Of a stretch of 64,000 nucleotides of DNA, positions 34,685 through 44,553 are shown piece by piece (positions within the stretch are counted from its first letter, which is position 1; every line of letters starts with the position of its first letter). A program made the translations under genes and the position numbers. Source of the DNA: a virus; IMG/VR virus record IMGVR_UViG_3300036790_000317, positions 33,921-97,920 of that record; one strand, written 5' to 3'. The notes under the pieces were generated by a model, which was not told the origin of the DNA, searched no databases, and was given only the letters and a program-made list of their open reading frames with translations.

Positions 34685-35632
34685 TTACGGGTGTGACGGC
34701 GGGTTGCCGACATAGAAGTAGCAGGGGACCTTATCAGACTGGCAGGTGTTTACCAGATCTTGCATGCCGAGGAAGAAGTTGGCATCAGGACCATAAACGC
34801 CCTGTGCCGCCTTCAGCCGGGCTGCCGCAGCTTGCTGCTGGTAGCCGGCGGTGACTTCCTGATTATAGGCATTGATGATCGAGGTATCGACCGGGCGCAC
34901 CGAAGACACCACGAAGGTAAATGGCGCGCACTTGGATGCCGTCGAGCCAGGCCCGCAGAAGTACGGTGCTGACGACCCGTCGAGCTTGGCAATCTCCCTG
35001 GGCAGGAACGAAGCGATCTTGTCACCGTATGACGCCCACTCACCCTGGTCGGTCCACAGATCCGGGCCATACGATGCCATCGCATCACGGGTGGCATTGT
35101 CGATCGCCCGTGGCATGATCTCGCCGAGCATGGCAAGCCACCCTGGCGTAGATGACCTGGCGGCGTTCTGGACCTGGTTGTTGACCTGGGCGGTCAGCGA
35201 CGCACACCCGTACTTGAGGCAGAACGGCATGAAGCTGCTGATCATCTTGAGATTCTTGTCAGTGATCGCCGGGTTCAGCTCGAATGCCAGGTACGACCAG
35301 GTGTAATCGGCCATTCCTGGCGTGTTACCTGGTCCGTCACCAGTCAGTTCCGCTGACGGGTTGTTCCGGTCACCGTTAGATGGCGCCGTAACGTAGTTGC
35401 GCACGTCAGCAGGCAGATACCAGATGGTGTCACCACCTGGCACGGAGATATTCTGGCCAGGTTCAACGACCTGCTTGACCTGCTGGTTGGAGAACAGTCC
35501 CTTACCGGTGACAACGCCGTACTGCGCGATGGACGGCGCAACGGCACTGGAGCAGGCAGCAGCTGCTGCTGTTACTGCCGCCACGACCGTGATAGCTGCG
35601 CCGTGCCGGCGCAGCCGTTTGCTTACCTTCAT
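34685..35632 (-). CDS. Lipoprotein, possibly SPFH/band-7-like
   Basis: Signal peptide with AAAC lipobox; family assignment by overall resemblance only. Confidence 0.55.
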   Translation of the reverse strand: MKVSKRLRRHGAAITVVAAVTAAAAACSSAVAPSIAQYGVVTGKGLFSNQQVKQVVEPGQNISVPGGDTIWYLPADVRNYVTAPSNGDRNNPSAELTGDGPGNTPGMADYTWSYLAFELNPAITDKNLKMISSFMPFCLKYGCASLTAQVNNQVQNAARSSTPGWLAMLGEIMPRAIDNATRDAMASYGPDLWTDQGEWASYGDKIASFLPREIAKLDGSSAPYFCGPGSTASKCAPFTFVVSSVRPVDTSIINAYNQEVTAGYQQQAAAARLKAAQGVYGPDANFFLGMQDLVNTCQSDKVPCYFYVGNPPSHP

Positions 35633-35649
35633 CTGATTGCCTTCCTTGC

Positions 35650-35952
35650 TCAGTGGAGGTCCCTGGCCGCATCATGAGCGGCCAGGAGCTGGTCTCGCAC
35701 TCCTTGCGAGAACACTTCGTAAACGCTGCTGTGAGCTTCCATGTCACCGATGGTGGCATCGATAGCATCAGCCTGGGTCATGGCAAGAGCACGCATCCGG
35801 TCATACCGCTGTCCCGTGGCGCGGTAAGCATCACGGCGGGCCGTTATCATGGTTACGTACTTCCTGGCAGCCCAGATAAGCAATGCCATGACCCCGGCCA
35901 GGAATATAGCTGCCAGAATGGCCGGAACAATGACAACCTGAAAACTGGTCAT
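35650..35952 (-). CDS. Membrane protein
   Basis: N-terminal TM helix; AGGAG RBS. Confidence 0.6.
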   Translation of the reverse strand: MTSFQVVIVPAILAAIFLAGVMALLIWAARKYVTMITARRDAYRATGQRYDRMRALAMTQADAIDATIGDMEAHSSVYEVFSQGVRDQLLAAHDAARDLH

Positions 35953-36014
35953 GGCATCTCCTCTGCAGTTTTTCCTTCCTTCTTCCCTTTTTCTGTACTG
36001 TTTACATAACAAGC

Positions 36015-37796
36015 TTATTGCTCTGGCTCATTTTCGTAAACGATGGTGCTTGCCTCGGCTAGCGCCGGTGCGCGCTTCCAGTCCTGTGATACATCGATGA
36101 TCATGTCATCACCATCTGGCAGGGGCGTGCCGGTAATGCTGCCTGGATGATCAAGCATGCTCTTTCGCAGCCAGGTGCACACCCACCGGCCACAATCCAC
36201 CGAAATACCCTTGCCCCAGCCGGGCTGCAAGTTCTTGTCGTCCTTGACTGGCTCGATCAGCCAGTCGTCCGGGAACCCCATGACCCTGGCAGCTTCCCGG
36301 TGCGTGAGGTGCCGGTTGTCCGGGTGCCAGACCTGGGTCGGCCCGTGCCCGGTCATTACGTAGCCCGGGATGTCCCAGCGCCATTGCCGGGTCTGACTGT
36401 AGCCACCGACCTTGAAGTCTTTTTCGACAATAACCTTTTCCCGGGTCAGGTGTTCCATCCCCTTGACTTGAGAAGGATACTGCCATGCTTCGGGCAGTGA
36501 CCCGTGCATCTCGTAGTGCCGCTTGAGGACAGCATCGAACGGCTCTCCGGGCTCCCACGGCGTGGCATCCGTGATGGAATGCAGTCGCTCCTGCTCCCGC
36601 GGGGTGAGTGGCTGGGTCATGTGCCCGTCGACAAGTCCCGAGAGAGTACGCTGCCGATGACTCCACCAGGTTGGCGGGGCCGTGTATGGCTGCATGCCCC
36701 ATCCCAGAGGCTGGGTACGCAGGTCTTCTAGAGCGTCACCCAGCGTAGGCAGCCACTTCAGTGGCTCATGTTCGACGCCGAACGGGAACTTCGTGACGAC
36801 GAGGAAGTACCGGAGCCGGCGGGTGCAGCCGCCCAGAGACAGGTTGTTCTGGATAACATGAGTGACGAACCACTTCTGATCCGTGGCACGTTTCAGGCCA
36901 TCAGCAAGCGCCCGCATAAGTGGCAGCCCGATCTTGAATGCCGAGGTCACGGATTCCATGATAACAGCCTCGGGATTAACCTTGGCTGCGTACGTAAACA
37001 GATTCCGCATGCACTCGTTGATGGCGCTGTCGATACCACGGAAACTGCTCGGGCTCATGACCGAGAATCCCGAGCATGGCGGGTTGCCGACCACGAGCTG
37101 GGCACCACCTGAAGGTACTTCCCAGTCTTCGGGTGCTGAGGCTTGCCCCTCCCACCAGTTGCCGAGCACACCGCGGTTTGCTTCGCAGATGGCCATGCCA
37201 AAACCCGGTGGCCCTTCCTCGGCCTTGTGCACAAGCGTGAACCCGGCCTGGGTGGCGCCGACCGTAAACCCGCCAGCAAAACACTGGCAGTCGATGAACC
37301 GCAGGCTCGGAGGAGGGCCTTCAGGTTTCTGCCGAGGCGGGGTTCTGGGCCTGGCTAGCCAGTCTTCCAGCACCTGGATATGCTCTGGGCGAGGAATGCC
37401 GTCCAGTTTCAGGATCTGGCTGACCTTGTCGATGACCTCACCGACCTCATGGCCAGCTGGTGCCGTGACCTCACGCCCGTCGGGCAGCGTCACGGTAACA
37501 TCCTGCACCGGCCGCGGCTTTGCCTTGGCCGGTGACCGGTGCCTTACGGTCGGGCCTGCAGGTACCTGGTTTTCAGGTTTCACGTGGAAGTCATGTTTGG
37601 CCTGGTTAGCTCGGAACGTGACCTCGGCAGCATCAGGGTCTTCGCCTCTCGCTTTTGCCCACCGCCTGATCGCGGCCACGGCAAGATTCAGCCGGTGCTC
37701 GTCAGACAGCCTCGTACCGAGCCGGGCCTGCCTGATTTTTTCCCGGGTTTCTTCTGAGCGCTTAAGGCCCTTGCCTGCACCTGGTGCTCCGGTCAA
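36015..37796 (-). CDS. DNA cytosine-C5 methyltransferase with N-terminal NUMOD3-like extension
   Basis: Motif I-like CFAGGF, IV GNPPCSGFS, VI ESV, VIII R.R, IX REAARVMGFPDDW, X GKGI. Confidence 0.85.
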   Translation of the reverse strand: MTGAPGAGKGLKRSEETREKIRQARLGTRLSDEHRLNLAVAAIRRWAKARGEDPDAAEVTFRANQAKHDFHVKPENQVPAGPTVRHRSPAKAKPRPVQDVTVTLPDGREVTAPAGHEVGEVIDKVSQILKLDGIPRPEHIQVLEDWLARPRTPPRQKPEGPPPSLRFIDCQCFAGGFTVGATQAGFTLVHKAEEGPPGFGMAICEANRGVLGNWWEGQASAPEDWEVPSGGAQLVVGNPPCSGFSVMSPSSFRGIDSAINECMRNLFTYAAKVNPEAVIMESVTSAFKIGLPLMRALADGLKRATDQKWFVTHVIQNNLSLGGCTRRLRYFLVVTKFPFGVEHEPLKWLPTLGDALEDLRTQPLGWGMQPYTAPPTWWSHRQRTLSGLVDGHMTQPLTPREQERLHSITDATPWEPGEPFDAVLKRHYEMHGSLPEAWQYPSQVKGMEHLTREKVIVEKDFKVGGYSQTRQWRWDIPGYVMTGHGPTQVWHPDNRHLTHREAARVMGFPDDWLIEPVKDDKNLQPGWGKGISVDCGRWVCTWLRKSMLDHPGSITGTPLPDGDDMIIDVSQDWKRAPALAEASTIVYENEPEQ

Positions 37797-37846
37797 CCTG
37801 TAATCACTTTCGCTTTGGCTGGCAGCGTGTTCCGGGCTGTCCCTGA

Positions 37847-38329
37847 TCAGGCCGTGATCGCTTTCTTCATCTCGCCTTGAATCAGGGCGAACTCGTCCTT
37901 GCCAATCAGGTCAGCCAGGAACCGGTTCATTTCTTCCTGCATCTGCTGGATCCAGTCGTTGGTGTCCTGATCAGACCATATCCTAGCACCTTCGGATGCC
38001 GGTCTTACCAGGGAAATGGGTGTGGTGTCCCGGATAATATCGACCGGCCACTCCGGGGCAATGGGGTCTGGGTGCAGGATCGCCGTGTGTGGTCCTTCGG
38101 GATAGTCCGTAACTGGCATGTCCGTGACGACGGCGACGATCGGCTGGGTAAATGGCTCGTCATCATCATGCGGGCGCATGCCTTCGACGTGCAGCGCCGC
38201 CATGGTATCGGTGTCGGCATTGATTTTCTGCTGTCGTTTTTTATACCAGTCGATGGTACTGATCGTTATGAGGATAGTAGATCCTGCGGCGCAGGCAGCG
38301 CCGGCTGTAAGCAAAAGATCACTTATCAT
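37847..38329 (-). CDS. Membrane-anchored hypothetical protein
   Basis: GAAGGA RBS; N-terminal hydrophobic helix. Confidence 0.55.
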   Translation of the reverse strand: MISDLLLTAGAACAAGSTILITISTIDWYKKRQQKINADTDTMAALHVEGMRPHDDDEPFTQPIVAVVTDMPVTDYPEGPHTAILHPDPIAPEWPVDIIRDTTPISLVRPASEGARIWSDQDTNDWIQQMQEEMNRFLADLIGKDEFALIQGEMKKAITA

Positions 38330-38358
38330 AGTTCCTTCCTTTTCTGTACTTAGGTAAA

Positions 38359-39411
38359 TTATACATGCCTGGACATGACCGTGCTTAGCATGGTTTCCGT
38401 GGCTGCCTGCAGGCGCGCCGGCAGCCAGCACCCCGCACGTAGGGCATCTGCCTGGGCATCGGCCAGATCATAGAGCTGCCCGGTTGAGAAGCTTTCGATC
38501 TCGGCGACCGAGTACATGTACGGAGCGCCGAGCTGGGCATACTCACGCGAGTCCGAGAACAGCACAGACCGTGTCATCGCCGCATGCACGACCCGTTCCC
38601 GCCACCATCCGGCACCGAACAGCTTCCGGTATGGCTTGCTGAGCACGCCCCAGGAGTTTGCGTACGCCTCGACAACCTCACTGACTGGGACAAGTGTTTC
38701 CTTGCGGGTGTCTAGGCCGCCACCAAAGGAGAGAACAGGCCATGCAGCATGCTTCTGCCGGATGTCCTGCACGAAGTCCCGGTAGTCATGGATGCCGGCC
38801 ACGACCCACTGCCGCTGCCGGTCTCGCGGGTGCACCAGTCCGAATTCATGCCGGGGCATGTAGCTGACCGGATCCAGGAACCAGTACTCCTCGGCCGTCA
38901 CGATCCGCTTGTAGATTTCGCCGTCACCGAACCCGAACTTCGGCAAGATGACGGGCGGCAATCCCGTTTCGGTGAATCGAGACAGTACTCGAACCATCGC
39001 GTTCATGCCTTCCTCACTTGATGCCCAGGCATAATCCGGCCGGCGAGCATACACGTTCGGCCTGGTCAGGCGGCGGATGTCTCGCAGCGCAGACTTCGAG
39101 TTACCAGTAATCTGGTGCATCTCCCAGTCATCGATCATGCAGATGACCGGCTTCCGGTCCGTCAGCCAGTACCGGCTCAGCAAGCTGAACACGGGGAAAA
39201 TGTACTTGGCTGATACCGAAAACGGCGAGATAATCCCGGCGATAATGAGGTCGTACTCTTCAAGATCTTCGCCCGCTGTTACGTGCCTGTTATCGACATC
39301 ATGCCCGAGGTCTTTCAGCAACGGCACGAGACATTCACTGAGGATAACATACCCGGGACGTGGTGGGCTGCCACTTTGACCCAGCGTAAATCCGGTGCAC
39401 AAAATTTTCAT
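38359..39411 (-). CDS. GT-B fold glycosyltransferase, putative DNA-base glycosyltransferase
   Basis: MKILCTG..., L..LGHDV, GEDL..YD, IDDW, GWWR.R; context among nucleotide-modifying genes. Confidence 0.65.
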   Translation of the reverse strand: MKILCTGFTLGQSGSPPRPGYVILSECLVPLLKDLGHDVDNRHVTAGEDLEEYDLIIAGIISPFSVSAKYIFPVFSLLSRYWLTDRKPVICMIDDWEMHQITGNSKSALRDIRRLTRPNVYARRPDYAWASSEEGMNAMVRVLSRFTETGLPPVILPKFGFGDGEIYKRIVTAEEYWFLDPVSYMPRHEFGLVHPRDRQRQWVVAGIHDYRDFVQDIRQKHAAWPVLSFGGGLDTRKETLVPVSEVVEAYANSWGVLSKPYRKLFGAGWWRERVVHAAMTRSVLFSDSREYAQLGAPYMYSVAEIESFSTGQLYDLADAQADALRAGCWLPARLQAATETMLSTVMSRHV

Positions 39412-39423
39412 GGTTGTACGATA

Positions 39424-39684
39424 TCATCTGTGAGGGCTGAAGTCAGGCGTTCCGTCTTCGAGCGTAGGCATCGACCCAGGCAGGATGCGGAATGCTGGTG
39501 TGAGAACCTGATTGTGCGCGGCACAGACATCCTGCGCAAGGTGCATGGAATCCATGATTCCGATCAGCCAGTCCTGGTCACCGGGTTCCGGCCCAAGCTG
39601 AGCGTAGATGGCACGGTCATCTTCCCTACGTCCCGCTCGCCAGTACATCCGCCTGGCGCTCTCCTGCTGCCCGGTCGCGGTCAT
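39424..39684 (-). CDS. Hypothetical protein
   Basis: AGGAG RBS; WR.GR...RAIYAQ motif. Confidence 0.5.
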   Translation of the reverse strand: MTATGQQESARRMYWRAGRREDDRAIYAQLGPEPGDQDWLIGIMDSMHLAQDVCAAHNQVLTPAFRILPGSMPTLEDGTPDFSPHR

Positions 39685-40174
39685 ACTCAGTTCTCCTTCG
39701 TTCCTCACACCCCGGTGAGCAGAACCGCTCTCCGGTTTTCCAGGTGCGCACGGCACCTAGCAGGCCAGGCTCGTCAAGAGCCCGGCGGCAGTCCGGCCCG
39801 TCACACTTATCCGTGCCGTCATATCCTTCTTCCTGCCGCTGATAATTTCTGGCGTTCTTTCCTTCAAAAGCAGACATCAGCTCATCCGGGGTGATCCGGC
39901 CAGCAAGGCACAAGTTCAGCAGAAAGTGGGTAACGTCTACGATCTCGCCGAGGTACCGCTCTCGGTCTTTGAAATCTGGCGAGGCCGTAATCCACGGCTT
40001 CCAGTGTGTTTCGTTCAGGGCTTCATGCAGTTCATCTTCAAGGGCAAGGACGTTCCACCGGATGTACTCGATAAGAGCCTTACTATCCATCCGGTCAAAG
40101 TCATAACCCATCTGCTGCTGAAGTGACCCCTGCATCTCAAAGAGACGCACCAGCTGGTCGTATCCTGCCGTCAT
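39626..40174 (-). CDS. All-alpha dUTPase/dCTPase (MazG-like)
   Basis: ELHE...WKPW, EIVD..HF, KN..N..RQ..GY. Confidence 0.85.
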   Translation of the reverse strand: MTAGYDQLVRLFEMQGSLQQQMGYDFDRMDSKALIEYIRWNVLALEDELHEALNETHWKPWITASPDFKDRERYLGEIVDVTHFLLNLCLAGRITPDELMSAFEGKNARNYQRQEEGYDGTDKCDGPDCRRALDEPGLLGAVRTWKTGERFCSPGCEERRRTEYDRDRAAGERQADVLASGT

Positions 40175-41388
40175 GACAGCACCTCCGCGATTGTCTTGGC
40201 CGTCAACCGGGGATCGTGCTCAGCCCGGACAACCTCCCGGTTGTGCTGTGCCGTGCGCAGCCTGAGACCGTCATCCCAGGATAGTGCGATGGCCACCTGC
40301 TCACCTGCCTTCCGAGTCCAGGCTTCCGCGGCCGGGTCACGCGGGATGGTCGTCAATGACGGCATGGTGGGGATAGCCGGGGCAAACAGCCCCTGAAAGT
40401 TTTTCCGCCAGTGCAGGTGGGTAGCAACCTGCGTGGCGCCGGCATCGATGCCTTCAAGTTGGGTGTAGCTGCTGGCTCCGTGGCTGTTTTCGTCGGCCAT
40501 GACCGAGCACAGCACCTGCATGGCCGAGATGGCGGCCACGCCTCCGGGCCAGCCGGGGTACGGGCCGTCGTACCGCACCCAGCCTCTGCCGTCTGACAGC
40601 CACCAGTTATGCGGGCGGAACACGTCCTCGCCATGGCGGTATCCCTGCTCGTAGCCCATCTTCTGGAGCTGTTCGTACACCTCGACAGACAAGCTGGCCC
40701 GGTTTGAGATAGCACAGGCCCCGCGGAGCTGTACGACGGTTGCAGCCGGCAATGTTCTGAGGGCTGCGGCCATGGCGAGGATGTGAAACCCGTCGATATG
40801 AACGAACCGGCCAGCGCAGCCGGCTACCCCGCGACCCGGCAGCAGGTCATCCGGGGCATGCAGGGTGTACGGGTGCGGCACATAGTGCCACGGGTACTGC
40901 CGGAGCGACGGCGCCTCACGCAGCACGATCGTGTCGTTGACGTGCGTGATGCCCGTCCCGGCAAACGAGGGCAACGCCAGGACTGCCTCGGCAAACGGCG
41001 CGTGCTTCGGACTGTAGTTGTACGCCTGGAGTGCTGTCGTGAATCTCACGCCCGCGAGGTCCAGTACCCGGCCGTAGTAGGGCAGTCCCCAGTTTTCCCT
41101 GACGGCCTGCCGGTCTTGCAGGCCGATGAGAGGCTCGGTCAGCACCACGCCGTCATACTTGCCGAGAATATCTTTGCAATCCTTGTACTTGCCGACAACA
41201 TCCAGCGGCCGGTCGAACCAGCCCGTGCCCGGGGTCATCTGCCCCCATGCTTTGCGCTGCCGGCCGGACTTCGTAAAGCTGACGGTGTCACACTCATGCC
41301 CGAGGGCACGCAGTCCCTGCTGGGTAAAACGACTCCAGGTCATCGGGCCGCCACACACTGGCTCCGGGTCGTACAGGGCGATTTTCAT
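40171..41388 (-). CDS. GT-B fold glycosyltransferase
   Basis: MKIALY...GG, L.ALGHE, GRF...G, YTQLEGIDAG. Confidence 0.7.
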   Translation of the reverse strand: MKIALYDPEPVCGGPMTWSRFTQQGLRALGHECDTVSFTKSGRQRKAWGQMTPGTGWFDRPLDVVGKYKDCKDILGKYDGVVLTEPLIGLQDRQAVRENWGLPYYGRVLDLAGVRFTTALQAYNYSPKHAPFAEAVLALPSFAGTGITHVNDTIVLREAPSLRQYPWHYVPHPYTLHAPDDLLPGRGVAGCAGRFVHIDGFHILAMAAALRTLPAATVVQLRGACAISNRASLSVEVYEQLQKMGYEQGYRHGEDVFRPHNWWLSDGRGWVRYDGPYPGWPGGVAAISAMQVLCSVMADENSHGASSYTQLEGIDAGATQVATHLHWRKNFQGLFAPAIPTMPSLTTIPRDPAAEAWTRKAGEQVAIALSWDDGLRLRTAQHNREVVRAEHDPRLTAKTIAEVLS

Positions 41389-41620
41389 GACATCGTTCCA
41401 ATGGCTGGCAAGCCTCTATCGGCTGCGTGACTTGTCATTCCTGGCTTGCTTCTTCCACTGCCGGAGTCTCATTGCCGTGATGATATCATCCGAGATGGCC
41501 CCGGCAAGGCCACTGGAGAACCCGGCAGTGGTAGCGAGGACGAGCCACTGCCAGAACCCGCCTGTGATGGTGATGGTCATAGGTCAATGCCGACCTGGCT
41601 GTCAGGTGGTGAAGTGGCTG

Positions 41621-42319
41621 CTAAAACGGCATACCCGGAGGTGGCTTCGGCATCTTCGGCTCTTCGGGTGGCTCTGGCGGGGCTTCTGGCTCCTGAGGCT
41701 CGTCGGCAGGAGAGACGGCTGCTGCCGGAGGCGGCAGTGAGGGCGCAGGCACCGGAGGTGCTGGCGCTGGTGCCGGTGGTGCCGGTGGTACCGGGGGTGC
41801 AGCCGCAGGAGCAGCTGGAGGCGGAAGCGGAGGCGCGGTCTGTGGCATTGGTGGCATCTGCCGGGCAGGAGCAGAGGTAGATGGTACCGGCAGCCCGCTT
41901 ACCACAGAGCCACCAAGTGGCATGGTAGCGAGAATGCTATTTCGCTCCTGGTCATTCCATGTACGGACGCCGAGCCGAACCCGAACCTTGACCCCGTGCA
42001 GGTCCTTGGCCACCTTCTCCAGTGGCGGGTTCTGCGCAAAGTAATCATGCCCGAGGCCGAGGGCCTGCATCTTCCGGAAGAAGATCACCATGGCATTCGG
42101 GTTCGCGGGGCTGATGACATGATCTTCGAAGATGTTCCGGTTCTGGTGCGGGCCGTTCAGGACCCGGTACCGGACCGTGATCTTGCTCTTGCTCGTGCCC
42201 GTCTTGCCTGCCGTGGCCTGCGTCACTTCGACGTCATACTCGCCTTGGGGCAACGCGGAAAATCCTGTGGAACCTTCAATTTGCTTGAGCAGATCGGAGA
42301 AGAGAAATTCCTCGGCCAT
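41621..42319 (-). CDS. DUF669-type ssDNA-binding protein, Pro-rich tail
   Basis: LPQGEYDVEV...GPHQNR.IF; C-terminal PF; adjacent to Sak4-like ATPase. Confidence 0.75.
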   Translation of the reverse strand: MAEEFLFSDLLKQIEGSTGFSALPQGEYDVEVTQATAGKTGTSKSKITVRYRVLNGPHQNRNIFEDHVISPANPNAMVIFFRKMQALGLGHDYFAQNPPLEKVAKDLHGVKVRVRLGVRTWNDQERNSILATMPLGGSVVSGLPVPSTSAPARQMPPMPQTAPPLPPPAAPAAAPPVPPAPPAPAPAPPVPAPSLPPPAAAVSPADEPQEPEAPPEPPEEPKMPKPPPGMPF

Positions 42320-42321
42320 GA

Positions 42322-43074
42322 TCAGCTCCTTCCATCAGTCGTTGCCGTTGCCGCTAGCGTACCGGATCGGGCAGGCTGCTGCCAGCCCGTTACCTGAGTT
42401 AGCATCTTGCCGATATCCGGGTCATCTACATAGGTGCCGAGCCTGCCACCGACTCGCTCGCCGGCAATATATTCAGGTGAAGGCGCGATGAGAAGACGGC
42501 GGAACTCGGTGCCGTCTTCTCTGCGGTAGGAGCCGAGAAATCCGCATACATCTACGTAATATGGCATGAAGCTTGCCATCTTCCCCTGCATGAGAGGGCG
42601 CTTCGGGAATGCCTGCTCATCCATCATCGCGATCATGACGACGGTCTGCAGTGGTCGTGAAGGATGCGTGATCAGGTCTCGGTAGCCTCGGACGAGGGCA
42701 GATACCGTCCGGAGCAGCGTGCCCCAGTCCTGTACCTGCATGGGATTCATCCCGGCGATGTCATCCACGGCACGCTGCTGCGTCTCAGAGATGCTGTCGA
42801 TGACGACGGAGTTGAATGGGTGTGCCCCGGAGTACAGCCAGTCATAACTTTGCCGGACGCTCTGGTAGCCGTGGACGGGTACAAGGCACGTATCCCATGA
42901 TTCGTTGTGCTCCGGGGGCTTTTCACGAGCCGGATCCCACGTGATCTTCTTGCTGGGAGTAAAGCGTGACCCGCCTTCAGCATCAAGGACAAGCCGCGGA
43001 GGAGGTGACGTGTCACCTAGCCAGCTCTTACCGGCCTTGGGCCCTCCGTAGATGATGAATGAAATACCTTCCAC
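42322..43074 (-). CDS. Sak4-like AAA recombinase/ATPase
   Basis: IYGGPKAGKS, LDAEGG, VVIDS; GGAGG RBS + GTG. Confidence 0.82.
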   Translation of the reverse strand: MEGISFIIYGGPKAGKSWLGDTSPPPRLVLDAEGGSRFTPSKKITWDPAREKPPEHNESWDTCLVPVHGYQSVRQSYDWLYSGAHPFNSVVIDSISETQQRAVDDIAGMNPMQVQDWGTLLRTVSALVRGYRDLITHPSRPLQTVVMIAMMDEQAFPKRPLMQGKMASFMPYYVDVCGFLGSYRREDGTEFRRLLIAPSPEYIAGERVGGRLGTYVDDPDIGKMLTQVTGWQQPARSGTLAATATTDGRS

Positions 43075-43141
43075 GCATGTGCCTCCCGTTTCCATCTTTA
43101 CCTGGCAACAGAAGTAGTTTACCACATGGTGGAGTGTGGTA

Positions 43142-43636
43142 TCAGCCTGCTCTGACTTTTTCTGACGCATCTGGCAGAAGCGGCGGAGGCGGTGGAGGCG
43201 GCGGAAGTGCTAGCGGCGGTGGCTCTCCGTACTGGCACAGGTAAGCGCTTTTACGGTCTGCCGGGTCAACAGGCTCCGTAATCAGGTACTCATTGTCACC
43301 TTGGCCATGCAACGGAGCATAGACACGCTCTCCGTCGATCATGAATGCCTCAAGAGTCTCATGCTGCTCGACGAGCATGATCTGGTCAAGCAGCCATCGC
43401 TGCCAGCTGCGTCGGCTGTATTCTACCGCCGGCACCGGCATATCTCGCCGGAAGGTAAGCGGCTGGCCTAGATGGTAGATGTCCTCACAGGTAACGTAGA
43501 TCATCAGTGTCAGTCCCCTGCCACCTTGGCGGCGGTCCGTGACACCTAGTTCAAACTGCCACCCTGGCTTGTACCCGAGCCGGGCAACGAGACCTTCCAG
43601 TTCTCGCGGGTACGGAGCCTGCTGTGTCAGCAACAT
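43142..43636 (-). CDS. Hypothetical protein
   Basis: TGATG overlap with exonuclease. Confidence 0.55.
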   Translation of the reverse strand: MLLTQQAPYPRELEGLVARLGYKPGWQFELGVTDRRQGGRGLTLMIYVTCEDIYHLGQPLTFRRDMPVPAVEYSRRSWQRWLLDQIMLVEQHETLEAFMIDGERVYAPLHGQGDNEYLITEPVDPADRKSAYLCQYGEPPPLALPPPPPPPPLLPDASEKVRAG

Positions 43637-44553
43637 CAGGCTTGTATCCTTTCTGCATAATAATGATATGGATCTTGCTGCTGGAACTGGTCTCTTATCA
43701 TATCTTCCCAGCGGTCTCCCGCGTCCATGAGAGGACAGACATGATAGAACGGGCATTCCCATGAGCAGCTAGCCATCGGGGTAGCGTACGTGGCCTCACG
43801 GTGATCTGTCCCGCCCTTCAGGCGAGATCTGACATGAAGCATCTCACTGATAATTTCTCGCGTCCGCATCCACATGCTGTTCAAGTCGTCACGCTTGTAC
43901 CGTACCTCTTCAAGAGCGTAAAACGGCGGGGTAGCGCGGGCCGTGCGCTTGCTGCGCAGCATATAGACGACCTGCCCGCCGTCAACCCGGATGTCACCGT
44001 CTGCGTTAAGCCTGGCAATCATGGTGTAGAACCGCATCTGCGGGCTGAGGATGAGGTCATTAGCGGCGCTAAGAGATCCGGTCGTCTTCCAGTCACGGAA
44101 CAGCACTGCGCCATCCGTCTTGCGCCGGATCATCTGGTCGAGCCGGCCACGGATCGTTACGCCGTCCATGCCGGGCATGGGCACCTGGACATCCTGCTCG
44201 GCAGAAATGATTTCAATGCCTTCATTCAGCCCGGTTTCTGCCGCCCATTCCAGGTACCCTTCAATCATCGTCCTGGCCAGGGCTTGCTCATTGAAGATTT
44301 CCGCCGCGCAGTCGGGCCGGAATATTGTCTCGGCACCGTAAATATCTGCCAGCCAGCCTAGCGGCCCGTCTTCCCTGGGTCGTTTCTGGTCTAGTTCCAG
44401 CGCCTGGTGGATCCGGTGCCCGAGCAGCATGTTACCGGTGGGCGGGCTGTCTTCCTTGCGCAATGCCAGCCATAGCACATACTGCAAGTACCACTTCCGC
44501 CGGCATCGTGTAAAAGTGCTGATCTCGCTGTTCGAGACCGGATCCGAGATCAT
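43636..44553 (-). CDS. PD-(D/E)XK exonuclease (RecB/Cas4-like)
   Basis: S.S....F..C.RKW, G..IH, GRLD, DWKT, Q...Y, C..ECPF..VC. Confidence 0.88.
   Translation of the reverse strand: MISDPVSNSEISTFTRCRRKWYLQYVLWLALRKEDSPPTGNMLLGHRIHQALELDQKRPREDGPLGWLADIYGAETIFRPDCAAEIFNEQALARTMIEGYLEWAAETGLNEGIEIISAEQDVQVPMPGMDGVTIRGRLDQMIRRKTDGAVLFRDWKTTGSLSAANDLILSPQMRFYTMIARLNADGDIRVDGGQVVYMLRSKRTARATPPFYALEEVRYKRDDLNSMWMRTREIISEMLHVRSRLKGGTDHREATYATPMASCSWECPFYHVCPLMDAGDRWEDMIRDQFQQQDPYHYYAERIQA

Noticed and set aside
9588-41411. TGGCTGGCAA as a phage-specific promoter/operator (9588, 27064, 27099, 41402; variants elsewhere)
   Set aside because: No constant spacing to starts or a -10 box, one copy lies inside a CDS, and it may simply reflect spacer composition; not excluded without motif statistics
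41621-41880. Tandem DNA repeat
   Set aside because: Just the Pro/Ala-rich coding tail of the SSB
43636-44553. CRISPR-associated cas4
   Set aside because: No repeat-spacer array or other cas genes; sits in a Sak4/SSB recombination module
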